Shown here in pieces: positions 17,874-26,619 of a DNA stretch of 27,687 bases. The notes beneath the pieces are model-generated. The model did no database searches, was not told where the DNA came from, and worked only from the letters and a program-made list of their open reading frames with translations. Within the stretch, counting starts at the first letter, position 1. Each line of letters opens with the position of its first letter. This DNA is from Woeseiaceae bacterium (GTDB taxonomy: Bacteria > Pseudomonadota > Gammaproteobacteria > Steroidobacterales > Woeseiaceae), in contig DATICC010000004.1 in the NCBI GenBank assembly GCA_035457045.1, forward strand, positions 1 to 27,687, in the 5' to 3' direction. The translations under genes were made by a program, and so were the position numbers.

Positions 17874-19214
17874 TCAGGCCGACACCGCTTGCGCGGCCTC
17901 CACGTCAGAGAAATCGATCAGCTTGGACTTGTAGGTCTCGCGAGGCAACGTGCCGTAGGACACGAGGCGAATGTCGGCGGTCACGAGGAGGCGCGAACGT
18001 ATATCCTCCGCAATGCGTCGCGCCAGATCGTCTGAAGAACCTGAGTATCCCTCGCCAAGTTCCACGACCACGGGCAACGGTGGTGCTTGCAGGACACCGA
18101 GCGATTTCGGTCGCACCTGGAGCATGCCGGACACATCGGGTGTGAACTCATTGAGTATGCTGCGTATGGCCGACGGGAACACGTTGACCCCGCGCACGAT
18201 AAGCATGTCATCGGTACGCCCGACGCAGCGAATCCGTGGGCCGGTGCGGCCCGTCGGGTTGGGTTGCATGTTGACGACGACGTGGTCGCGACTGCGAAAT
18301 CGCAACAGCGGCATGGCGTCACGTACCAACGCCGTATAGACGAGTTCTCCCTCGGCGCCGTCTTCCCAGGGTACGGGTGCACCGCTCACGGGATCGATCA
18401 GTTCGACGTGCACGAAGCCGCGTGCCATGAAATGCATGCCCTTGCCGTCCTCGTCTTCGGCCCATGCGCTCAGCGAGATGTCGCCGATGCCCATCGATTC
18501 ACGCACCTTGCAGCCGAAGGCGTCCTCGATGCGGCTGCGAATGAGCGGATCGCCCCCGCCCGGCTCTCCGGCCGTGATCATGTTCTCGAGGCCGAGCGTT
18601 CGTGTATCGATACCGTGCTGCTGGCACCAATCGATCAGGTACAGGCCGTAAGAGGGCGTACAACTGATGCCGGTGGCTGCGAGTTTCTGCGTGGCCGTAA
18701 CCAGGCGCTCCGTGTTGCCTGTGCCCACGGGGATGACCGTGCAGCCGATCTTGTCGAAGCCGTAATAAACCGCACCGGCAACGAATGGGCCCGCATTGAA
18801 GCCGACGACGACACGCTGTCCCTTGCGGAACCCCGCCGCCGAATAACCGCGCGCGACGTTGGTCGCATAGATGTCGATGTCCCGTTGCGTAAGGCCGAGG
18901 TAGCAGGGGACGCCCGTCGTACCGCTGGTGCTGAACACGCGCAGCAGGTCCTCCGGCTTGCACGCGAGGTGCTCGCCGAAAGGCGGCGATGACGCCTGGG
19001 TGCGGCGCAACTCATCTTTCTCGGTAAACGGCAACGACGTTATGGCGTCGAGTTCGCCGACTGCGTCGGGGCTCTTGAAACCGGCCGCAGCAAGTTTCCG
19101 GCTGTAAAAAGCGGAATTTGCAAACAGGTAGGCGAGCTGCTTTTTGTACGACGCCCTGTCGAGCGCGAACTGTGCCTCGACCGCCCGGGTCTCGACGTCC
19201 GGGTCGTACATCAT
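17874..19214 (-). CDS. Phenylacetate-CoA ligase family (PaaK-like) AMP-forming acyl-CoA ligase
   Basis: STSGTTG, AGEP, LLRFRSRD, GRTDDMLIVRGVNVFPS; start set at MMYDP (GGAG RBS). Confidence 0.88.
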   Translation of the reverse strand: MMYDPDVETRAVEAQFALDRASYKKQLAYLFANSAFYSRKLAAAGFKSPDAVGELDAITSLPFTEKDELRRTQASSPPFGEHLACKPEDLLRVFSTSGTTGVPCYLGLTQRDIDIYATNVARGYSAAGFRKGQRVVVGFNAGPFVAGAVYYGFDKIGCTVIPVGTGNTERLVTATQKLAATGISCTPSYGLYLIDWCQQHGIDTRTLGLENMITAGEPGGGDPLIRSRIEDAFGCKVRESMGIGDISLSAWAEDEDGKGMHFMARGFVHVELIDPVSGAPVPWEDGAEGELVYTALVRDAMPLLRFRSRDHVVVNMQPNPTGRTGPRIRCVGRTDDMLIVRGVNVFPSAIRSILNEFTPDVSGMLQVRPKSLGVLQAPPLPVVVELGEGYSGSSDDLARRIAEDIRSRLLVTADIRLVSYGTLPRETYKSKLIDFSDVEAAQAVSA

Positions 19215-19272
19215 GCGGCAGCTCCATGCCGGTATCGCGTCCCGTTCACGGCAAACACCCGACGCCGGCCGC

Positions 19273-19854
19273 CTACGCAGACCAGCGCTTCGTGCACTCG
19301 CCGACCCGTCGCCCGAGCTGCCTGGCGGTTTCCAGGTCGGCGTTCGTCGGCGCGACATCGGGTCCCTCGTCCAGGTTCGACTGGGACATCGCGCCGAGAA
19401 AGGAACCGAGCCGGTTCAGGTCCTTCACCGAGCCCTTGGACGTGTTGTTGCCCGGCATCAGGTTCAGGTTGATCCAGACCATGCCGTGCTGTGCCGCAAA
19501 GCACGCAATGCCCACGAGGGTATTCTGCTTGTCGCCGTTGATCGAACCCGAGTTGGTAAATCCGGCAGCAAGTTTGTCCACCCACTTTTGCTCCATCCAG
19601 CGCTTGGACGTTGCCTCCATGAACGTCTTGATGCCGGCAGACGGCAGGCCCATGTACGTCGGGCAGCCGAAGATGATTGCATGGGCGGAATCGAGCTCAG
19701 TCCAGGATGAGCTGTCCATGTCCACCAGGTCTTCAACCGGTACGAGCTTTCCCTCGACGCCATCCACCTGGTTCAGCCCGTCGCACACCGCCTCGGCTTG
19801 CTTCTTTGTGTGGCCGAAGCCGCTGTGGAAGACGATACATGCAGATCTCGTCAT
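19273..19854 (-). CDS. Flavodoxin-family NAD(P)H:quinone oxidoreductase (WrbA-like)
   Basis: FHSGFGHT FMN loop, IIFGCPTYMG, GFTNSGS..GDK; start at MTRSAC. Confidence 0.87.
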   Translation of the reverse strand: MTRSACIVFHSGFGHTKKQAEAVCDGLNQVDGVEGKLVPVEDLVDMDSSSWTELDSAHAIIFGCPTYMGLPSAGIKTFMEATSKRWMEQKWVDKLAAGFTNSGSINGDKQNTLVGIACFAAQHGMVWINLNLMPGNNTSKGSVKDLNRLGSFLGAMSQSNLDEGPDVAPTNADLETARQLGRRVGECTKRWSA

Positions 19855-19875
19855 GCCCTGACCTCGTTGCAACCT

Positions 19876-20418
19876 CTATCGGTGATACGCCTCGTTGTTC
19901 GGCGCGTGGTTTCCCGCCAGCCAGCGTTTGAGCTCGCTGTGAGCTTTGGCCTTCTGCTCCGCATTGATCTGATCGACGTTCTCGTCGTCGACCGTGAATT
20001 CGATCAAGAGCTTCGCGGGATCGAAGACGTACAGCGAGTAGCAGTAGCCATGGTTCAGTATGTAAGTGTCGGGCGCGGTGATTCCGGCAGCCGCAAGGCG
20101 ATCGCGTATCCCGTCCTGCGTCTTCTGGTCCACCTTCATGGCCAGGTGGCGGAACCCGGACAGCGGCAGCTCCGGGCCAAATTCCTTATTGTCCTCCTTG
20201 TCCCTGAACTGGAAGAACGCCAGGCATTCACCGTTGCCGATCTCGAAGAAACAGTGCATGTAGGTGCGTTCCTTGCCGAACAGTTCTGTCTTCTCGCACC
20301 AGGTGGCAATCAGCGGAAAGCCGATGATGTCCTCGTAGAATTTGCGCACTGCCTCCATGTCCGTCGTCACGTGAGCATTGTGATGCAGCCTGCTCTTTAC
20401 CAATGGTTTTGCGCTCAT
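19876..20418 (-). CDS. VOC (glyoxalase/dioxygenase) family protein
   Basis: LHHNAHVTTDMEAVRKFYEDIIG, RHLAMKV, SLYVFDP..LLIEF: paired beta-alpha-beta-beta-beta modules with His/His/Glu ligands. Confidence 0.85.
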   Translation of the reverse strand: MSAKPLVKSRLHHNAHVTTDMEAVRKFYEDIIGFPLIATWCEKTELFGKERTYMHCFFEIGNGECLAFFQFRDKEDNKEFGPELPLSGFRHLAMKVDQKTQDGIRDRLAAAGITAPDTYILNHGYCYSLYVFDPAKLLIEFTVDDENVDQINAEQKAKAHSELKRWLAGNHAPNNEAYHR

Positions 20419-20449
20419 TTGAATGTTGACCTCCGTCCAGACGCTGTTA

Positions 20450-22681
20450 TCAGAAATCCTTGATAAAGGTTACACCCCAACGGCGCGGCGGTGCAGGCCA
20501 GAGGAAATTCAGGCCCGGCGCCGGCCCCGGTGAGAACTCGGCGTTGTATTCCTCGTCGAGCAGGTTTCTTGCCCAGATGGCCAATGACCAGTTGTCCGCG
20601 AGCTCCATTCCGATCCGCAGGTCGACGAGGTCGACCGGGCTGCGGACCGAGATGTTGCCGGGATCCCACCAGGTATCTCCCATGTGCTGGTAGTCGAGCC
20701 GGATGAAACCTTCCGAGTTCTCGCCGCCCCAGCCTAGCGGGTAGCGGAATTCTCCGCCGAGATTGATGGTGTTCTTGGTGACCAGCGGCGCCTGGTTGCC
20801 GTTGTCGGCCGGATCGGCGGCTTCCTTGATGTCGCTGTCGGTGTAGCCAAACCCGAAGTAGGCACTCAGGTACTCGTTGAACTGGGCATTGCCCTCGAGC
20901 TCGAATCCCATGTAACTGACTTCCGGGATGCCGCCGAGGTTTTGCGTGCTGGTCGCCGGGTCGAAGAAGAAGAAGTACGCGTTCTCGAAATCCGTGTAGT
21001 AGGCGCTCAGCGATGTCGCGAATCGCCCTCCCCCGTAGACGGATTTGACGCCGAGTTCGAAGGTATCGGCAATCTGCTCGTCGAACAGGTCCTCGACGCC
21101 GGGCTCCGGAACGGCAGCCCCTACGCCGCTCTGGTTGAAGCCGCCGCTGCGAAAGCCGCGGCTGTAGTCGCCGTAGAACATCAGGTCATCATTGGGCCGG
21201 TAACGCAACGTCAGTTTCGGTTGCAACGCATCCCAGGTTTCCTCGCGCACCTCGCCAAAGGTGATGCCGATGCCGCCGGTCGGGTCGTAGAGCGGTTCGG
21301 TCAGGGTCGTGTTCTCGCGTGTGTCCTCGTCGTAGCGCAGCGAGAACGAAACCTGGAACGCGTCGGTGAGGTCATAAGCCACCTCGCCGAACACGGCCCA
21401 GGCAATATTATCCTGTGCGTCAGCGAGCAGGCTCAGCTGCGGGCTCGGGTCCGACGCGCCACCGGGAACGAACAGCGATATGCGCGGTACACGATAGACC
21501 GGGAACACGCCGTTACCGCGATCGATCTGGTTGCCGGTCGAGATGTAGCGATCGGTACTGATCGCGTAGACGCCCGCAATCCAGCGGAAACGCTTATCGG
21601 CCGGCGAAATAAATCTGAACTCCTGGCTCCACGAGTCGGTATCCAGGAATTGGGTCTGGCTCAGGTCTGCAAAAGGGTCACCCGTGATGCCTGTGATTAT
21701 CGGGCCGATGGGAAAGAAGTTGATCAGCGATTCGTTGATCGGCACGAAGTTGAACTGGTCGCCGGTCAGCAGTTCCTCGAGATCGTCGTAAGCCGTAATC
21801 GAGGTGAACGTCCCTGCATCGCCGGTCCAATCCAGCTTCAGTGCCAGGTTGTAGATATCGCGCTCGTTGGTACCAGGGTTGTTCACGCGTACCGGCAGGC
21901 TCGTGTCATCGACCTCGGCGTCGATCGTGAAGTACAGTGCCTGTGTCTCGAGCTGCGAAGTGCTCAGGCGCAAATCGGCCGAAAAGGTATCGCTCGGCTC
22001 GTAGAGGAGTCGAACGCGCGCCGACAGATCCTTATAGGGGTCCGCTTCCTCGCTGAGAAACTCGTTGTCGATATAGCCGTCCGTGTCGACGTAAGACGCG
22101 GTCGCACGGTATTTGAAGGCTTCGGAATTGCCGACCGGGCCGCTCACCGTGCCGCGAAACGTGTAGCCGGGGCCCGAGTCCGCGCCGAGTTCGACGCGAC
22201 CTTCGAACTCGTCGCCGGGACTCTGCGACACGATCGTTATCGCACCGCCGATGGCATTCCTGCCATACAGGGCGCCTTGCGGTCCGCGCAGCACTTCGAT
22301 CTGCTGGATGTCGATCAGCTGCTGGGTGAACTCTGCAGGGTTCGCCATCAGGACGCCGTCCACGAGCACGGCGACCGACATTTCGCTGTTGCGTGCCTGC
22401 GATATGCCGCGAACGTTGATGAACGCATTGCCGGCATTCTGGGTCTCTACCAGCGTGGCGTTCGGCGTGAGATTGATGAAGTCGCGCGGCGTCTCGATAC
22501 CCGCCGACCGGATTTCCTCGGCCGTAAATGCACGCACGGAAACGGGTGTCTCCTCGAGGGTCTCAGAGCGCTTGCGAGCGGTGACGACAATTTCCTCGAG
22601 CAATGTTTCCTGAGCACGGACCTCAGGCATGGCGAGCGAGGCGATTACGCCTGTGAGAAGCAAAGTAACGACATTTTTCAT
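20450..22681 (-). CDS. TonB-dependent outer membrane receptor
   Basis: Start at MKNVVTLLL (GGAG RBS); signal peptide; TonB box LEEIVVTARK; plug IEVLRGPQGALYGRNAIGGAI; NLLDEEY; C-terminal Phe. Confidence 0.95.
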   Translation of the reverse strand: MKNVVTLLLTGVIASLAMPEVRAQETLLEEIVVTARKRSETLEETPVSVRAFTAEEIRSAGIETPRDFINLTPNATLVETQNAGNAFINVRGISQARNSEMSVAVLVDGVLMANPAEFTQQLIDIQQIEVLRGPQGALYGRNAIGGAITIVSQSPGDEFEGRVELGADSGPGYTFRGTVSGPVGNSEAFKYRATASYVDTDGYIDNEFLSEEADPYKDLSARVRLLYEPSDTFSADLRLSTSQLETQALYFTIDAEVDDTSLPVRVNNPGTNERDIYNLALKLDWTGDAGTFTSITAYDDLEELLTGDQFNFVPINESLINFFPIGPIITGITGDPFADLSQTQFLDTDSWSQEFRFISPADKRFRWIAGVYAISTDRYISTGNQIDRGNGVFPVYRVPRISLFVPGGASDPSPQLSLLADAQDNIAWAVFGEVAYDLTDAFQVSFSLRYDEDTRENTTLTEPLYDPTGGIGITFGEVREETWDALQPKLTLRYRPNDDLMFYGDYSRGFRSGGFNQSGVGAAVPEPGVEDLFDEQIADTFELGVKSVYGGGRFATSLSAYYTDFENAYFFFFDPATSTQNLGGIPEVSYMGFELEGNAQFNEYLSAYFGFGYTDSDIKEAADPADNGNQAPLVTKNTINLGGEFRYPLGWGGENSEGFIRLDYQHMGDTWWDPGNISVRSPVDLVDLRIGMELADNWSLAIWARNLLDEEYNAEFSPGPAPGLNFLWPAPPRRWGVTFIKDF

Positions 22682-22729
22682 CGAACTCCCCCCGGTGTTC
22701 TTTGCATCGGAATCATGAATCGTAGTATT

Positions 22730-22762
22730 TTCGATATGCGAAATCAAATTCGATATGCGAAA
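22730..22762. promoter_or_regulatory. Tandem imperfect palindromes TTCGATATGCGAAA x2, candidate IclR/PcaR-type operator
   Basis: Identical 14-mers at 22730-22743 and 22749-22762 between divergent genes; resemble the TTCG-N5-CGAA sites of PcaR/PobR/PcaU. Confidence 0.65.
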
Positions 22763-22870
22763 AACAAGCCATCCTGGTGAGTGTCGCGCGGCCGGTAAAG
22801 CAGCAATTGCACTATCGTGCCGGCCGGCTGATGATGGCAAATAGCTGATTGACCGCCCCGGGGACTCGAG

Positions 22871-23644
22871 ATGACGCGCAAATCCGGCAAGAAAACGGCC
22901 ACAACGGCGATATGCTCCTTCGATGCGGAAAACGTGTTGATTCGGGGCAGGAACCTGGTCGACGAGTTGATCGGCAAGTATTCGTTCACTGAACTCATCC
23001 TGCTCCAGGGGCTCGGCAGCGAGCCGACCAAGACGCAGTCCCGGATCGTAGACGCTGTGTTGGTCACGATCATGGAGCACGGTCTCGTCCCGTCGGCGAT
23101 CGCAACCCGGCTGACCTGGCATGGCGCCCCGGAATCGTTCCAGGGTGCTATTGCGGCCGGGCTGCTCGGCGTCGGGGACCGGTACGCCGGCACGGCGAGC
23201 GAGTGTGGCGGGATACTCGAGCGCATCGTTGCAGCACCTCAAGCCGCTCGCAAACAGAAATCCATCGACGAGGTTCACGGGTGCCGCGACGCCGGTCGCC
23301 CTGTGCCCGGCTTCGGTCATCCGGTTCATCATGAGAAAGACCGGCGTGTCGATCGTCTCATCGAGGTCGCAAAGGAAGCCGGTGCCGGCGGCGAATTCAT
23401 CGCCGCCATGCGGCTGCTCGAAGCGGCGGTCAATGAGGTACTCGGCAGGAAACTGGTCATGAATGTCAGCGCGGCAATCGCGGCCGTGCTGGCCGAAGCC
23501 GGCGTTCCTTCGTCAATGATGCGCGGCATCGTGCTTACTGCGCGTTGCGCCGGCCTGGTCGGGCATTTGCACGAGGAGATGCATAATCCCGCCGGTCATG
23601 CGCTCTGGCTCGCGGCGCAGGACGGTGTCGATTCAGTTTCCTGA
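22871..23644 (+). CDS. Citryl-CoA lyase / citrate synthase-fold protein
   Basis: VLIRGRNLVDELIG, EHGLVPSAIA.R, PGFGHP.H, NVSAAIAA, AR.AGLVGHLHEE; short 257-aa form. Confidence 0.85.
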   Translation: MTRKSGKKTATTAICSFDAENVLIRGRNLVDELIGKYSFTELILLQGLGSEPTKTQSRIVDAVLVTIMEHGLVPSAIATRLTWHGAPESFQGAIAAGLLGVGDRYAGTASECGGILERIVAAPQAARKQKSIDEVHGCRDAGRPVPGFGHPVHHEKDRRVDRLIEVAKEAGAGGEFIAAMRLLEAAVNEVLGRKLVMNVSAAIAAVLAEAGVPSSMMRGIVLTARCAGLVGHLHEEMHNPAGHALWLAAQDGVDSVS

Positions 23645-23654
23645 ATCGCGACAC

Positions 23655-24467
23655 ATGTGGATCGATGTCGGGCAGGGCCGGCTGTACGTCGAGGTTACAG
23701 GCAACGGTCCGCCGCTGCTTGCGATTCACGGCTGGCCGCTCGATCACCGCGTTTTCGAACCGCAGGTCAGCGGATTGTCTTCCTCGCTCAAGGTCATTGC
23801 CTACGACCGCCGTGGCTTCGGCAAGTCGGAGGCGCGCCCGGACCTGCGCCTCGAGGTCGCTGATATCGATCACATACTCGACGCACTCGATCTCCCCTCG
23901 GTGCACCTGCTCGGCATGTCGCAAGGCGGCCGCATAGCGCTTCGATATGCAGTCACACACCGCCATCGATTGCGCTCGTTGATATTGCAAGGCGCCGTCA
24001 TCGACGGCCTGCACGTGGCGGAACCGGATGCAGATCGGATCCCGATTGCCGAATACTCGGCACTTGCGAAGAGCGGTCGTCTCGATGAAGTCCGGCGGCG
24101 CTGGCTGCGGCACCCGATGATGCAGCTCGGCGCCGGCTTCGATGCTGCATCGGACCTGTTGCAGGGGATCCTCGCCGACTACGCCGGCGCGGATCTCATC
24201 GACTTCGACGCGAACCGGTACCACTTCTCGGCCGATCTCCTCACGGCGCTGTCCGCACTGAATGTGCCGACGCTGCTGCTCACGGGCGCGCAGGAAACGC
24301 GGGCGCGCAAACGGCATGCCGATGAGATCGAGTCGCGCGTTGCAGATTGCGTGAGGTTGCAGCTCGAGAGCAGCGGACATTTGAGCAACCTGACGGAGCC
24401 CGAGCGCTACAACCGCGCCGTGCGTGAGTTTTGCGAAAAGGTCGAGACGGCGGGCGGCCCGCTATAA
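23655..24467 (+). CDS. Alpha/beta fold hydrolase
   Basis: HGWPLD, YDRRGFGKS, nucleophile elbow GMSQGG, C-terminal SGHL; an alternative GTG start at 23625 is possible. Confidence 0.9.
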   Translation: MWIDVGQGRLYVEVTGNGPPLLAIHGWPLDHRVFEPQVSGLSSSLKVIAYDRRGFGKSEARPDLRLEVADIDHILDALDLPSVHLLGMSQGGRIALRYAVTHRHRLRSLILQGAVIDGLHVAEPDADRIPIAEYSALAKSGRLDEVRRRWLRHPMMQLGAGFDAASDLLQGILADYAGADLIDFDANRYHFSADLLTALSALNVPTLLLTGAQETRARKRHADEIESRVADCVRLQLESSGHLSNLTEPERYNRAVREFCEKVETAGGPL

Positions 24468-25286
24468 CGCTGCACTGCGGATCGAGTCAGCCAGGATGGG
24501 GTACCTGCGCAGCTCGACCTCGATTTTTCGCGCCGCTTTGGTCAGTTCCGGCAAGCGCGATTCCACCATCGCCTGCATGTTCACCCGGGTCGTCGCTGTC
24601 GAACAGTTGATCGCCGCGAGTATCTCCCCCTGCGGGCCAAACACCGGTACTGCCACCGACACGATGCCATAATCGAGCTCGTCCTGGATGGACGCATAAC
24701 CCTGCTTGCGGATGTGGGCGAGGATCTTCCTGAATTGCGACTTGGAGGTGATTGTTTTCGTCGTCAGCTTCGCCATGTCGACCTTGCCGATGTATTCCTC
24801 TACGCGTGATGGTTCCTCGAACGCGAGCAGGACCCGCCCGAGCGAGGTCGGATAGACCGGAAAACGCGTGCCGAAGCCGGCGGCGAGGCGAATCATGCGA
24901 TTCGTCGACACATGGACAAGATAAAGAATCTCCGTGTTCGAAAGGACTGCGAGCGAAGAACTGTCGCCCGTCCTGTCGCGAACTTCCTGCAAATGCGGCC
25001 TGACCACCTCGTCGAGATTCATCGATTCGATGAACGCCGATGCGAAACCCATGACTTCCGGTGTCAGCAGGAACAACTTGCCCTTCCGACCGACATAACC
25101 GAGCTCGACCAGGGTGTGCAGGCAGCGCCTGGCGACGGCCGGGCTCAAGCCCGTCACCGCCGCAACTTCGCTGATCGTCATTTCCGGCCGTTCCCGGGTA
25201 AACGAGCGCAATGTCGAAAGGCCACGGGCCAGCGTACTGAGGTATTCCCCGTCCTTTTTCCTGGGCTTCGACTTGTCGACACTCAT
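24462..25286 (-). CDS. IclR-family transcriptional regulator (PcaR/PobR subgroup)
   Basis: YLSTLARGL, HTH SEVAAVTGLSPAVARRCLHTLVELGY, G.RFP.YPTSLGR.LLA, ELDYGI.SVAVPV. Confidence 0.93.
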   Translation of the reverse strand: MSVDKSKPRKKDGEYLSTLARGLSTLRSFTRERPEMTISEVAAVTGLSPAVARRCLHTLVELGYVGRKGKLFLLTPEVMGFASAFIESMNLDEVVRPHLQEVRDRTGDSSSLAVLSNTEILYLVHVSTNRMIRLAAGFGTRFPVYPTSLGRVLLAFEEPSRVEEYIGKVDMAKLTTKTITSKSQFRKILAHIRKQGYASIQDELDYGIVSVAVPVFGPQGEILAAINCSTATTRVNMQAMVESRLPELTKAARKIEVELRRYPILADSIRSAAL

Positions 25287-25344
25287 CGATCGCGTTCTCC
25301 CCAGACCCGCCGATAGTCGGCATCCAGCGTCGCGGCCAGGCCGG

Positions 25345-26553
25345 TTACAGCCATTCGCCGATCTCGGCCGCAGTTTGCAGCCGGTCTTCCGGTCGTTTCG
25401 CCAGCAGCATGTTCAACAGCGCCTGGTGTACGGCAAGCCGATGCGGCAACAGCGGTACCGGCGCTTCGCTGTGCTTGTAGATGATGCCCATGGCGTTGCT
25501 TGCCGTGTAGGGTTTTTGCCCGGTCAGCATCTCGTAGAAGATCACGCCCAGGCTGTAGATATCGCTCCTCGCATCCACGTCATTGCCGCGGCCCTGTTCC
25601 GGGCTCATGTAATACGGCGTACCGAAGATTTCCCCGCTGTCGGTTATTTCCTGCCGCAGGCGCATGCGCTTGGCCAGCCCGAAATCGATCAGCGCGATAC
25701 TGCCGTCCACGCGCAACATGATATTGCCCGGTTTGAGATCGCGATGCGTAATCCCCACCGAATGCACTTTCGCCAGCGCACCGGAGATCTGCCTCAGGTA
25801 GCTGACGGCATCCGCCGTCCTGATGCCCGCCTCGATCTTCTGCCGCAGGTCGCCGCCGCCCAGGTACTCCATGGCGATGTGCGCGTGGTCATCGCTGACG
25901 CCGAGATCGAGAATCTTCACGATGTTCGGGTGATGCAGGTCTGCGATCAGTTCGTATTCCTGCAGGAAGCGATCGAAAGCCCCGATGCCTTCCGCAAGAT
26001 CAGGCACCTGTTGCAATACCTTCAGCACGACTTTCAGGTCGTCCTGCTGGCGCTGGGCGAGATAGACCGCCGAGTGGGACGTCGCCGACAGTTTCCTGAT
26101 GAAGCGGTAGCCCTTGATCAGCGGACTTATGCCCGTGCCCATGTCGCCGACAAACAGCGAGTCGGTGGTCGAGGTACGACGCTGCGCGCGCAGGATGTCG
26201 CCAAGCCGGACGATCAGCGCTTTGTGCCGTATCTGGTCGCGCACGAAAAAGGCGGCAACCTTGCAGCGCTCGGCCGCCTCCCTGGCGGATTCGTCGGCGG
26301 CGAAATAAACCACCGGCGGAAATCCGGGTGTCTTGCTGAAAAGCTTCAATGTATGCAGGGCATCGCGATCACCCTGCTGATCGCCGATCAGCACGACGTC
26401 GTTGCCTGCTCCGGAAAAGCTGTCGGGGAGATTGCCGGATTCGATTGGATCGAATTCGGTGATCACGCTGTCCGGCCAGTGCGTATTCACATGATGCGTG
26501 AGCAGGCGTCGGAAATCGGCATGGCCGTCAATGATCATGACCTTGATGCTCAT
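25345..26553 (-). CDS. Soluble Hanks-type Ser/Thr kinase with an N-terminal degenerate receiver domain
   Basis: VVLK, FLQEY, HPNIV, HRDLKPGN, DFG, GTPYYMSPEQ, SDIYSLG; N-terminus has a CheY-like pattern; no TM segment seen. Confidence 0.88.
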   Translation of the reverse strand: MSIKVMIIDGHADFRRLLTHHVNTHWPDSVITEFDPIESGNLPDSFSGAGNDVVLIGDQQGDRDALHTLKLFSKTPGFPPVVYFAADESAREAAERCKVAAFFVRDQIRHKALIVRLGDILRAQRRTSTTDSLFVGDMGTGISPLIKGYRFIRKLSATSHSAVYLAQRQQDDLKVVLKVLQQVPDLAEGIGAFDRFLQEYELIADLHHPNIVKILDLGVSDDHAHIAMEYLGGGDLRQKIEAGIRTADAVSYLRQISGALAKVHSVGITHRDLKPGNIMLRVDGSIALIDFGLAKRMRLRQEITDSGEIFGTPYYMSPEQGRGNDVDARSDIYSLGVIFYEMLTGQKPYTASNAMGIIYKHSEAPVPLLPHRLAVHQALLNMLLAKRPEDRLQTAAEIGEWL

Positions 26554-26619
26554 GCTGTCTGCTTGCCCGCGATGCCGACGAGGCCCAGTCGTCCGATACC
26601 GGTACGCATCGGACCGGTA

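Noticed and set aside
19215-19358. N-terminal extension of the CoA ligase ORF
   Set aside because: It overlaps the flavoprotein gene; the ATG at 19214 has a GGAG RBS.
22682-23332. 217-aa N-terminal extension making a 960-aa TBDR fusion
   Set aside because: It is antisense to the citryl-CoA-lyase-like gene and crosses the operator; the RBS, signal peptide and TonB box start at 22681.
24462-24467. 6-bp tail-to-tail overlap of the hydrolase and IclR genes
   Set aside because: Short convergent overlaps are common; no further signal.
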